This document shows, piece after piece, positions 36,989 to 50,600 of a DNA stretch of 64,000 nucleotides. Origin of the DNA: Diadema antillarum (Eukaryota); assembly GCF_040938485.1 (NCBI RefSeq), contig NW_027271204.1, forward strand, positions 620,001 to 684,000, given 5' to 3'. The number at the start of each line of letters is the position of its first letter. The stretch's first letter is position 1. Under the pieces are notes generated by a model. The model saw nothing but the letters and a program-made list of their open reading frames with translations, searched no databases and had not been told where the DNA came from. A program made the translations under genes and the position numbers.

Positions 36989-39900
36989 TTAATGATTTTC
37001 AAGCTTTTGGACACATTTATAAAGACTCTGCACAAGTTGATTAGTCCGGGGATCTTCACCGACAAGATTTTGAATCATGGTGCTACTGACGTAGGCGAAT
37101 CCAACCTGATGCCCCGGGTCTGCACAGCCGTGTTGTCCGCCAGCTCCTGGGTGTCCAAACATTGTCACTCCGTCCTACAAAAAGAAGGAGAATGTCAGGT
37201 CAGTTCACATATTAAATCATAACTCGATCCTTCGAATATAGACATTAGAATCACGGGCATAAGTTCAGTTATGTAAAAAGAAATGTGAAATTTATATGGG
37301 GTAACTTTATATTACCTTTTATAGCAAAGGAATGTTCACCTTCGAAATAGCTATCGTGATGTTTATATCATTACTTTGACTCATCAAATAACAATAGCGA
37401 GGGTATCATGTACGCTAATCAATTAGGACAGAATTATTAATGAGAGGGTTATCAAAAAAGAATAAGGCTGTATAACACAAACATTATCCAAGCAAGATGC
37501 GGAAAAGCGGAGAAAATATGATCCGGTATTGTGTGGAACGAGATGTTACGTTTAGGACTTGACTTGAAAATGAAATCACACTATAAAAACTGTTGTAGTG
37601 CCATTGTGTTCAAATACGAAACCAGTTACAGTCAAACCAGCCCTAGCGGCCACCTATCTGTAGCGGTCACCTATCTATAGCAGTAACCTGCCGTATACGA
37701 CCACTAAGATAAACAATTCCTCAGAGAGAAAATCCAACGACCCTGGCCACAGCGGCCACCTGTCTATAACGGTCTTTTCCCTCTTGACCCTTGGGTGGCC
37801 GCTGTAGACAGGTTTGTCTTCATACGTATAACATGAGTCATCTTTTAAAGCCTGATTGGTAACATACCACAAACTTATCAATTTTCATCATCCCGCGACT
37901 GTTGGAGAGAGGAAGACCAAGAGTCCTGTCGACAGAAGGAGGCTCGAAATTCAGAAAATCGTCGACTCTCTCCTTCGACAGCAGAGTTCTGTTAGTAACT
38001 GGGTCTATGCCACCGGATGAAATTATTCCATAGAGCTGAAAACAGAAGAACATCACATTATAAACCGGAAATGGACATATATATTTGATATATTCGTTCT
38101 CTCATTCATTCATTCATTTTTCCATTTCTAACAGAAACAGATAAATGTTTTACAGAAATGGAATACATAGATTTCATCATAATACATAATTAAGGATAAG
38201 GCTACAAAATATTTTAAGTAAACGAAAAACGCTGGATAAACAACAAATATATATACATTAAAACTACTGGATCAAATTTCCAGCTTGTTTAAGTAATTTG
38301 TAAGTGCAAAATAGTAAAATAGCAAGATAGTAAAATATTCATTAGTTGACAGTTCAACTTTTACATTTTGTGACATACTTAAAAACCACTATATGAAATA
38401 TTGAAAAGCATACATATAAAAATGGGGTTATATGGATGAGATATCAAATATATATATATATATTATATATATGTAGTAAAACGATGCAATCCGAATAGAA
38501 GCTGGGTCTCACCTTTGATAAGGATAACTTTGTTTTGGATATCTCATCCATTTCAAAACCATTTTTTAAAAATCAAATAAACTTTGGATTCATTTAAGTA
38601 TAATGTTCTCTTTCATATTTCATACGAGATTTGTAATAAAAAAAAAATCATCAAAAATCGTTTGCAACATCAATCCCCATATCAACCGAAACTGTACCAC
38701 CCCTTTAAAATACGAAATATTAGGTAGAAAATGGAGAACACAACAAAAGATGGGATTAAACTGAGACAACGATTAAACATCATTATCATTTTACTTTTCT
38801 TGATGGTGTGTTTAGTCACTTGGAGGTGCAAGTTATCATTACTTTGGACACATTAACGATTAACGATTATCCTCTGAATTACGCCATTGCTTTATGAAAA
38901 TAGTATTTAAGCCCATAGTTTAATAACTAATAATGATTATGATGATAATGATAATAAAGTGGTAATGATAATTGTGAATTTACACACCATATAGATTCCA
39001 TATACTCAATTGCGTATTGCAATATGATATAATGTGATCAAAAGAAAAACAGATAATAAACAAATTCATTATTACATACATTAATCATTCAATGAAAATC
39101 TTACAAAATAATAAAGGATATGACAAATAAAGTTTGATACAACTACATTCAACCATTTATCAGTGAATTGCTCCATAATACATCAGAAGGATAAATGGAA
39201 CCGAAAATTATTGGTCTTTATATTCACACACTTATTCTTTTTTTTTGGATTAATTTTATTATAAAATGTTCGCCAATCCTTCGGTAAAAATTATTGAGGA
39301 TAATCTCTCATGTTGTAAACTAATTACTTCATTTTTGCCACTTTTACACCATGGAAATAGTCACAAGCTATTCATACTGATAACTTAAGCATATTAAGTG
39401 CAGATAGCACAACGTTTTCGACATTGCCGCCATGTTTTTTTTTTTCTCATACGAACCTTTGCAAGACCAGCCGCAGACCCAATACCGTTTGCTGAAGGCA
39501 ATTCGATGGCTCTGTAAGCGGGATCGTTGAAGACTCCGAACTGTCGAAAAGACGCAAAAGTTTTAAATGCCGTTATTGGCTTTTTTTGGGGGTCCTGCCT
39601 TCAGGCAATTTGCCTCGATATATACGTATCATTTTGACCTTAATGAAGTGAAGTGGGTAACTATCTAAGGTGAATAGGAAGACGTAATGATAAAAACAAT
39701 CTAAGGGGTGATTATTGTATGTGTTTCCGTGTACCAGGTATATGTACATTTTAGATGTACTTGAAACAGTATTTTGTAATGCAATTATTGTATCAGGTTA
39801 TTGCTCAGTTGTAGTTTAGTTTAGTTTAGTTTTAATTTTCGCATAAGTGCTGATAGATAAAGCGTTTTTCATGAGCATTTCTTTGACAGTCATGCATACT

Positions 39901-42900
39901 CACACACACAAAAAAAAAAATATACGTACATTGTATATGTATATAAATGCATATGTATGTGTACATGCTTATATCGGGTGTGTTCCCATTTTCACAGCGT
40001 AATACAGTTTGGATGCAGTATACACATCCAAATAAATTGCGTGACCACAGACAATTGGGGACAAGAACGCCTCAGTAACGCTTATAATGCAATGGTGTAC
40101 AGAGAGCGTGTGTGAATGCATACATCGTGGCATGCCTACCCCTGTAAAGTTTATAGTCCATGCAAATGACTTTCTCAGTGTTTGTGATGTTGACGCTGAG
40201 ATTATTCCCTTGTCGAAAACTAAGTGGTATCAGTGATGATCATTATTATAAATTAATAAATCAACAACAAAGGAAAATTTTGAAAGACGTACAATAGTTG
40301 GTTTTCCTGCCCAATTTCATCAGATTCGCATTCGATTTAACGATGCGGTCATTCAAGTTGGAGTGAATTTGAATGATCACCGAGATCGACATTCAAAAAG
40401 GTAACTAGTTCATTCAATTTAATTTCATTAGCATGCGATTTCATGAGTTTCTCACACAAGGGTGTAAAAAGGGCATTCAAAAAAAAATGTAAGTCAATGC
40501 ATTCAAATTCGAATCAGCACCTCCGTGGAGAGGCTTACGGAATTTAAAGTCACGACAAGGCAAACAACTACAAAGAATGGGCAGTCTTTTTCGTTGTTGC
40601 TTTTATTCTTTGTAGTTACTCAGCAGTTTAAAAGTATGCAAATTTGATATACCTTCAAATGTGATTTTGACTCATACTAAATAACTCGTATAACCTCACT
40701 TTCATAAGAATGCATTTACACGTTATTCATAGAGTAATATTATTTAGCAGCTGCTACAATACAGAGTATGCGTGAACATCTCAATACGTACACAATAATG
40801 GTGGATGAAGCACGACCTTCATGCTAGAGTCACACACAGCCGGGTCACAAAACGATTTGATTCGGTTGAAAATGAGCCGGATTAGTCCCGGAATGGAGGG
40901 TAATTATTTATGCTACAGTCACACAAGGCCGGATTTCGAATCGGGTCCAAAAGGAATTAAAACCGTATGGACCAGGTTCGAGCCGTAGAGACCCATATTG
41001 ACCCGTAACGAACCATATAAAAATCCGCTTTAAATCCTTTTCATCCTTTTCGACCCCAGTATCGACTCGTGTCAACCCTCTACGACCCGTACCTACCCAG
41101 ATGTAAACCTTGTCATCATCTGTTGCATGAAGGCAATGCGGTATACGGCAAGGGTCCATACGGTTTTACGCTGCGCGTTACAGCGGTTCGATGCGAGTCA
41201 ATGCGCTGTTCGAACAGGGTCAATTTGGATATCAATACGGAATTAAAATCCGTGAAAAATTTTGAACATGACCAATTTTTTTTTTTTCACCGCCGCGCCG
41301 TATCGTAGCCCCCGGAATCCATCAGGAATTGACACGGGTTACGATGCGGGTCAATTCGGGTCTCTACGGCTCGAACCGGGTCGATACGGTTTTAATTCCT
41401 TATGGTCTCGGTAGGAAATCCGGCTGTGTGTGACTCTAGCATGACAACCAGAAACTGGTGATATTATCTTTTGGTAAATGGGTCTATACCATTTACAGCG
41501 GAGCCAATTGCGGCGACTTATGATCGATAATATGGACACGGGAAACTAAGGAATGAAATTAAAATGAATCAATTTGGATTTGGATGTACATAGGACCCCT
41601 AAAATATTCTAGGATATGGCCAGTTCCTAAATGTTACATATACTGTTAGCGATGACTTGAAAATTATAGAAAGGTAGCCAGGAAAGAAATACATCCAAAA
41701 CAATTAAGATAATTAAATGAGACTTTGAAATGAAAATGAAATTGTATCATCCGATTGTATGACAGTGAAAAAAGGTCCGTAGAAACTGTGTATGTTGACT
41801 GAATTTGAACTTTCAAAATGCAAAGCTGTGTTCCTATAAATGAAATTGAAAGTGGTATTTGGCGCGAATTTAAATGTCTATCCAGCTGGCGCGAAATTGA
41901 ACGCCAACTTTGAGTCGTTGAATTGAATGAATTTCCCCCTAAATTGAATGACATGAAATATAAAAGGAATGACAAGAAATGAAATAGAATACTCAAAGAA
42001 TTAAAATGGACCGTAAGAGTAGAGCAGTGACCCAAATCGCTTGAATTTGAATGCCTTTTCATTAATTCGAATGCAAATCTGATGAAATTAGGCGGGGGAA
42101 ACCTATACATGGCGTATAAAAAAGTTAAAATTTTGAAAATCTTTTCATGAATACATCTCAAAATGTTTCGGAGAGTTTTTTTCATATTCATGGATGCCCA
42201 ATAGACTCATCTTTCAAGTGCAATCAACCAAACAAATTTTTGTTCACGCTTGGTGGAACACTGACGCTCTTTGTCCAGAGTGTGAAAAATGACTTGCGCC
42301 AAATTGAAAGAAGATGGAAAATTCAGCCAGCAGTCCAAAGAAGTTTTCTCATTCAAACAAATTGCTCTTTTGCTCACAATTTTAATCATGTTATGATAGT
42401 TTAGGAATTTTCTGGCGATTTTCTGTCACGTTTTAAATGATTCCATTGTGTAATAGAAGGTTGATTATCAAAATCATGCACAGACATATCGAACCCACAT
42501 GCCAGTCCCTCAATCAAGAAGGAAAGTACAAAATTAATGCATCCTCAGGTCATTCAATCAATACCATCAATCCAATCAATCAATCAGTCCAATCAATTGA
42601 TCAATACATCAATCAATCAATCCAAGAATCAATCAATCAACAAATCAATCAACAAATCAATCAATCAATCAATCTGTCACAATCATTATTGTATGCATGT
42701 TTAAAGTGACAGATCGACATAGGAAATATCACCTTTCAATCATTCAATCAATACAATCAATCCAATCAATCAATCGATCAAATCCAATCCAATCAATCAA
42801 TCAATCAATCAATCATTTAATCAATCAATCAATCAATTAATCAGTCAGTCACAATTGTTGCATGTTTAAAGTTGTAGATCGACATAGGCATAGGGAATAA

Positions 42901-45900
42901 CCTCCCTCCCCCCCCCCCCCGTGACTTAAAGGCTCGTTTTTTGTTTTTTGTTTTTAGGTTTTTGGTATTTTGTTCATCCAAACTGGCCACTGCTCTCTTC
43001 CCTTGTTGTTTCTACCACCAGCAAAAGAGCATTTTTTTTAATGGGAGCATTATTTGGACTGCTGGCTGAATTTTCCATCTTCTTTCAATTTGGCGCAAGT
43101 CATTTTTTACACCTTGGACAAAGAGCGTCAGTGTTCAGCCAAGCGTGAACAAAAATTTGTTTTGTTGATTGCATTTGATAGATGAGATCGATAAATATCA
43201 TCCGTAAATATGAAAAAATCTTCTAATATTTTTAAATGTAATTTAGACATTTTTTTAAGTGTAACTTTTTTTTGATACACCCTGTATAACAACAAACTAA
43301 TTATGAAAAAATCATTACAGCAGGACACTGCCCACAACAAGACGTTTTAATAAACATGCCGAGCAAAATGAGGATTAGACTCAACAAAGGATAGACATCT
43401 CAACTAATAATAGTCCCCCACCAACAATAAACAAAACAAAAAATGAATGTCAATAGAACATTACCTGTTTCATCAAAAATCTGACAAAAAAATGAGAAAA
43501 TAATGAATGTCTAGATATTGCCGTGTTTGTACGAAACAGTTCTTGAATAATTCAAGGAATAAGATAGCACAGGTATATACCTGAATAGAGAGAATGATGG
43601 AGGGGCAAAAACACTTAAGGCGAAAAAAAAAATAGAGATTGGTGTGTGATGGAGTTGGCTGGTACAGGGCGATCCACTCGCAGGCTTCAGTGTATTGCGA
43701 CATAATAATGATGACCAGATCTGTAACAATATTGTAGTACGATCTCACATTAAGGGGGATGGCTAGTAACTGATCAGTGGGAATCAGTGGGAATGCTGGG
43801 GGATGCCTGTTCCAATTTTTGTAGGATTCATTTAAGAGTACATTATACATAGTGATCTATTGATGTGTGAAAATTATTTGCTTCGGAACAGTCTCTTAGT
43901 CAAGTAAAATGTGCAGTTTAATGCCCCGTCACTGTACAGACATGCTTAAAATGCACATTACTTGAATATGAGACCATTCTGAAGCAAATAATTTTCACAC
44001 AACAATAGATTTATAATGCACTCTTAAATGAATCCCACAAGGATCCCCCATCCCCAATCATCCCCCAGCATTTCCGCTGATTCCCACTGATCAGTAACTA
44101 GAAATCCCCTTTAAGTTTCCTGAACAGAACCCCCCCCCAAAAAAAAAAGAAAAAAAAAAAGTAGAATGCGTGGCTAAGAGCGGGCCAAAGAGCGCTTGAA
44201 TACAAACTTCACATCCTCGACCTTTGCAACATTGTGTGTATGTGTGTGTGTGTGTGGGGGGGGGGGGCTGAATGTGCCTGTATACATACATCTGCCATTT
44301 CATTCAAATTGTCCATCATTTCTCCAAAGGCGTTGGTGGCTATCATGTGCTTTAGAACTTGTCTTCCATCCGAAGTCTGTATACTCTTTAGGATTCGCAG
44401 CAATGCCGGGCGACGGTTCACGAGAAGGCGGGCGACACGGTGGTTGCTTTCCAATGGAAGACCGATGTGGAAATCTATGCCTGAGAGGAAATAGATTTAA
44501 ACACTATTAGCACAAAAAAATGAAAAGGAAAATGTGCATGTGTTCATGAGAGAGGATGTATGTATGCTTGTGAAGGCATATAGAAATTGTACTTTAAAAT
44601 GTCAATGATTACAAAAACAGATATCAAAGTTTGAACAGTGAATGAGTCCTGAGGACTTGATTATATAATAGATAATATGAAACGCGATCACCTTTACGCC
44701 CGTGTATACTGCACATTGGTGAATTTGGCGCTAATAGCCGCGGGAAATCACGAAAGACTATTTTCATCAAGGAGATATAAATATGATATTATGAGTTACT
44801 GTAGAATTTCGTTCTTACTGGGAAACAGATTTGCCGTTATAGTACACCCAGGTAGCGTTAAAAAAAAAAATCCTCCCCCTCTCTCCCTCTCCTTAAAGGG
44901 CTCCTGAAATCTAAATGCATGCTGATTTGTATTGATTTATGATATCCTCAACATCACTTCTGCGGTGAAATGAATATCTAGAAACACACCATGGTATATC
45001 TTTAATGAGTTTTTCTTCTATTTTCCTTCAACTTACTTGGGAACGCCACAAAAAGTCCTCCGAAACCACTATTCCTCAGATGACCTCATCTGTCAATCAT
45101 TGCTAAAGTACTGAAATGTTTAACAAAAGACGTTGGAATTATGCACCTTCCCCTCGACTCATCATGACTTGCATGTTTCTAGCTGTGTTCAGACGGAGGC
45201 AGTTTTGGTCGGAGTAACTTCGGAGGAAGGGTCGGAGGAAGCTTGGTCGGAGTAACTTCGGAGGATAGGTCGGAGTAGTGCCCGTCTGAACAAGGTCGTG
45301 GCAACTTTCTCCGAACGAGATACTCCTGAGTTTTCTCAGGAGTATCTCGCTACCACGACTAGCCGGTCGGAGTAAATTGCCCGTCCGGACAAGCCCTCGG
45401 AGTATCTATGAACTTACATGCCGTACGACCTAGGTAAAACTTCCTGGGTCAAATCGCAATGTTGACATTTTGCGACTACACGTGCGCGTGTAGTGCAATT
45501 CTAACCTCGTCGATCGCGACGAAGAAGCTAGCGCTCATGTGATATTAATGTGACTAACAAAAGGCATGAGCCATGTTCACACGTATTTCTAGTCGGAGTA
45601 AAAATTTATGGCACGGCAATTAAAATTCAAATTAATGCATATCTTACCACGACCCGTGTGTCCACACGACTGTCGTGCGAAGAAACTCCGACCAATAATA
45701 TGTGCGAGGGTCGGTGTAACTTCCGGAAGTGGTAGCGCCGCGCTCGTCGACCATGCGATTGTTTTTTACCAGTTGCATTGTCTTCTCCATTCTTGTTAAC
45801 GGAAATTTCTGCATGAGCGCTAGCTTCTTCGTCGCGATCAACTAGGTTAGAATATTGCACTACACGCGCACGTGTAGTCGCAAAATGTCAACATTGCGAT

Positions 45901-47616
45901 TTGACCCAGGAAGTTTTACCTATAGTACGGCATGTAAGTTCATAGATGCTCCGAGGGCTTGTCCGCACGGGCAATTTACTCCGACCGGCTAGTCGTGGTA
46001 GCGAGATACTCGCTAGTATCTCGTTCGGAGGAAGAGGTCGTGGTAAGTTCCTACTATCGGAGGAAGTTGCCACGACCTTGTTCAGACGGGCACTACTCCG
46101 ACCTATCCTCCGAAGTTACTCCGACCAAGCTTCCTCCAACCCTTCCTCCGAAGTTACTCCGACCAAAACTGCCTTAGTCTGAATGCAGCTATGGTGAGGG
46201 AACATGCAAGTTATTCTGACTCGAGGGTAAGGTGCATTCCAATGTCTTTTGTTAAACAAATGAAATAGGTTCGTTAGCATGGTTAGTACGAAGGTTCGTA
46301 AGGAGGCACCTTCTTTTCGTTTTCGGATTAACAAACCTTCAGAACAGCGAACCTATTTCATTTTCTGGTAAAAAAAATACTTAATTGGGAATTACGACCC
46401 TTATTTCATTAATTCAGATTCACAAACCTTCGGAATAACGATAGCGTACCTCATTTGATTTTCGGATTAACGAACTTTTTATGATTTTTATTTTCGGATT
46501 AATGACCATTTAAGTATGCCTATTGAGATTGTGTCTCGGAAAACGGACCTTCGGAAAAACGAACCTTCTTTCATTTTCAAATCAACGAACCTTCGGAATG
46601 AAGGTATACCATTTCGTCCCTTTTCTGAATAAGGAATCAATTTGACTAACTAAAGGAGCTATCAATTGACATTACCGAAAGGCTCTGCTATCTCCTCCTT
46701 GAAAAACTGTCCCAGAGTTCGATGTTGAGGGTCAACTCGCCGCAAAAGCTCATTGGCTAGTGGTCCAAATGTGAAACCATGGTAACCATGGGTGTGGCCA
46801 TCATACTCCCATTGTGGCTCTGTTTTTGCCATGAGTTCACCTGCCTTGGCAACATCTTGTAGCAACTCGAGGCTCAAACCAGGTGGTGCGGATACGGCAA
46901 GTCCCGCCTTAAAAGAGTAAGTAAAACTTCTTGCAATCACGTGTCAATCACATCATACATGCCATTATGTGAAAGCGATTCGCGTAAGAATGGATTCCAT
47001 CATTAAGATGTAATAGCACGTTTATAATTACTATCTACGTTGCAAAATTTAGTGTCATTCTCAATTGTACATTCTTTTAATTGTTTGTGAATGTGTTTCA
47101 AAAACAAATTTAATAAACTCGTTTATACATAATTTCACCTTACCATCATATTTTTATCAATCAGTCCCAGTTGTTTCAAGTGAATTTTACTCTTACTTAT
47201 CAGACTAACTTATAAATGCGTTCGAATTTCCCTTTCAGATTTATTTAAAGTCTTTTTTACCATTGATTACTTGTAACCAGGCCGTTCAAGTTTCCTTATA
47301 AAAGAGTTAAATAACCTTATGCTCCATCATGTCTTTGACGGTAACCTTCTCTTTGCCCTTCTGTGCGAATTCCGGCCAATAGAGGGCGACTGGTTTGTTG
47401 TAGTCCAGCAAACCTCGATCTACAAGCATGGCAATGCACACTGACGCAACCCCTACATCGGGGGAAAAAAGAATGATAATTTCAATACGGGAAATAAGGC
47501 TTGTAGTAATAATCTCCTTGATTTTTTATAGAGGACACATACAGTGAGTACATGAAGGCAAGCTGAGAACTGCACGTTTACCTTAAAAAACAACAACAAC
47601 AAAACTCACACACAAC

Positions 47617-47661
<45 letters not shown>

Positions 47662-50600
47662 CAAATAACAGACCAGAGGTATCGTTTTAGATAGGAGTAT
47701 GGGGCCGCACCTCCGGGTGCTGTTCGTTATTCTGAAGGTTTGCTATTTTGATAGGTTCGTTATTCCGAAGGTTCGTTAATCCGAAACACACAAATCCCCG
47801 ATACCTAGAGGTTCGTTAATCCGAAAATGAAAAAGGGTTCGTTAATCCGAACATTTGTGGGGTTATTTCGAAGGTTCGTTATTCCGGAGATTCGTTAATC
47901 CAAAAATGAAATTCTGAATAACGAACCTTCGGAATAACGAATCTTCGGACTAAAGAGCCTTCGGAATAACGACCCTTCGGAATAACGAGCTGTAACCGCA
48001 CCTCCACCCCTGGCAAAGCTGAGATAAAAGGCAGGAGAGAACTAACTTATAGGCCTAATACTCCCTGGGCGTATCCGGGCAATTACCCCCAGAGGGCAAT
48101 TACCCTCCGGCTAAATACTGGTTAGTGGTAAGGTTAGAGTAAATATTAGGGTTAGGGTTAGGTTTAGGGTTAGGAGTTTGGGTTAGGGTTAGGATTAGGT
48201 TCAGGATTAGGATTAGGATTAGGGCCAGGGGAAGGGTCCGGGGTAATTGCCCAGGGGGTAATTGCCCTAGACCCCTCCCTGAGAATTATCAATGTTCATG
48301 AAAAATCTAATTGTATTTTATGTTGGTTTTTTGACAATGATAGCGATATTGTATTGCTGTATGTCTCTTGTATGTCTATCATGTCTATGTATTTATGTTA
48401 TATGTGTGCTTTGTATACTTATAATCATTGATGTAACCGGGTATGCATGCAAACAAAACAAATTTCCAGAAACCGAAAATAAAATCGAATTGAATTGAAT
48501 TGAAATCAATAGCTTTGCGTAACAATAAGTTTACCTTAAAGTTGTGAAATTTTGCCAGAATAACAAGAAATTGGTATGTTGCCAAATCACTCCATCCGCA
48601 GCAAGAGACGTCGGGGCGACCCCCCCCCCCCCACCCCTCATTCCATCTCCAGACTTTGCCTGTTAGTCCATGGGCCAGGCCAGATATTGGTACCATCTGA
48701 GGTGGCAAAACCTTTTTGGTGTCATTTTGTTTGTCGGGCATAGATATGCTTATCAAGCTATGATAGCATTTCCAAATGAGTAGCTTAGTCATAGTAAATG
48801 AATTTTTAACCAATTTGGTCTCGTTGTTATATCCCTATACTTCTGAATCGAAACTAACCGCCATACAAAGAAGAGCACTGTCTACTGTATGTTCCATAGA
48901 GCTGTAAAATGCAGCTCTGTGGTATGTTCACAGGTGTTCTGTTGTAAACGCGGTGCGCTTAGTCTTTATTCAAGGCAGCGAAGGGAATATCAAAAGGTAA
49001 TGATGTCCACAGCGCTTAGTCTTTATTCTAGACGGCGAAGGGAATATCCAAAGCGTATGATACAGTGTATATCCTTTTATCTAAAAACAACAACAACAAC
49101 AAAAGCAATTCCTAGTAAATTTTACCGTATTTTTCAATCATTTATCATTTTCCGGTGAAAACGCTACGGTGAAAATGCTGATACCACGCCAATGTCGCTT
49201 TATTTCCCTCCAACAATATAAGATAATGCAAAAACAATGTACCGGTACACTACGATACATTATAATGAATGATATTGTAAATGAACAGAGTGATTTTTGT
49301 TTAAAACTGATGTATTTGTTGATAGGGTAGTATAAAAACAGTATAGATAATCCCTTTTACGAGGAACTTTAGATATGATAACGGTACATTGGTCTAGATA
49401 AAGAACTAAGCGCACCGCGTGACAGCTGTGGACATCATAACCCTTTGGATATTCCCTTCGCTGCCTTGAATAAAGACTAAGCGCACCTGTGGACATACAG
49501 AAGGCAGTGCTCTTCTTTGTATAGCGGTTTAGTTTCGATTCAGAAGTATAGGAATATAAATACGAGACCAAATTGGTTAAAAATTCATTTATTATGACTA
49601 AGCTACTCATTTGGAAATGCTATCATAGCTTGATAAGCATATCTATGCCCGACAAACAAACTGACACCAAAAAAGTTGTGCCACCTCAGATGGTACCAAC
49701 AACCCATTTTTCGGGTCTTGGCCCATTGACTATGTGTGACTCTGAGAACGATACTACTCTCTGAATCAGAGTACGTGTGTGGTTCAACATGATTGCGTAT
49801 AATGAAAATACCTCACACAAAGAGGGGTCCGGGGAGTATTTTTCTCTACTCTATTTAAATGTCCTGCTGTAATACATGTACCTTGCTACAGAAGTATGCA
49901 AGCATCTGATCATTCGTGTTGTTGCACGTCTGTCATTGTGTTGATAAAATTAATTTCGCTGGGGTATTTGGACAAAGATTCTTCCCATTTCTGTTGCAAA
50001 TTTGAAGACAGGTTTAATATAATCATCATACCTGAAAATGACGTATACATTAAAAATGTAAAAAAGACAAACGAATATGAAATTAACCTTTCGTTGATGA
50101 GAAGAAAATGGAGATAGTGTCTTTTCGCCATTTCTGCTTGCTCTCATAATCTGCGAATCCACCCCAAATGTCGACGACTTTCTTCCCCCGATGATAGGCA
50201 GCAAATGCCGATCCTCCTGTACGGGGATCTCGGCCACTCTCAAAGTTTGCTCTGTGTCAAAGATTTGATTCATTCCAGATTAATATTTGAATTAAAGATC
50301 AACTTTACAGAATATGATCGACGACTTTCTGTTCCTCATTCACTCACATACCTACGTTTCAGTGTTCGCTCCCTTGAGCTTTTAACTATTTCTTCTAACT
50401 GATCCTTTCTCCTTTCTCTTGGGTGTATACCTGCGGAAGTCTAATGCTAAGAGGCATATTATTATCTTTATTGGAGAGTACTTTTATAGGATCGGGATGA
50501 AAAGAGTTGATACAGTCCATTTTTGTTCCTGACACGGTATCAGATGACTTCACATCCCCTTTTGGCCCTTGGAAGCTGTCAACAAAATCTGACTTGAAAT

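Noticed and set aside
48140-48225. TTAGGG repeats suggesting an interstitial telomere or fusion site
   Set aside because: They are degenerate and enclosed in a 208-bp MITE with TIRs and a 6-bp TSD.
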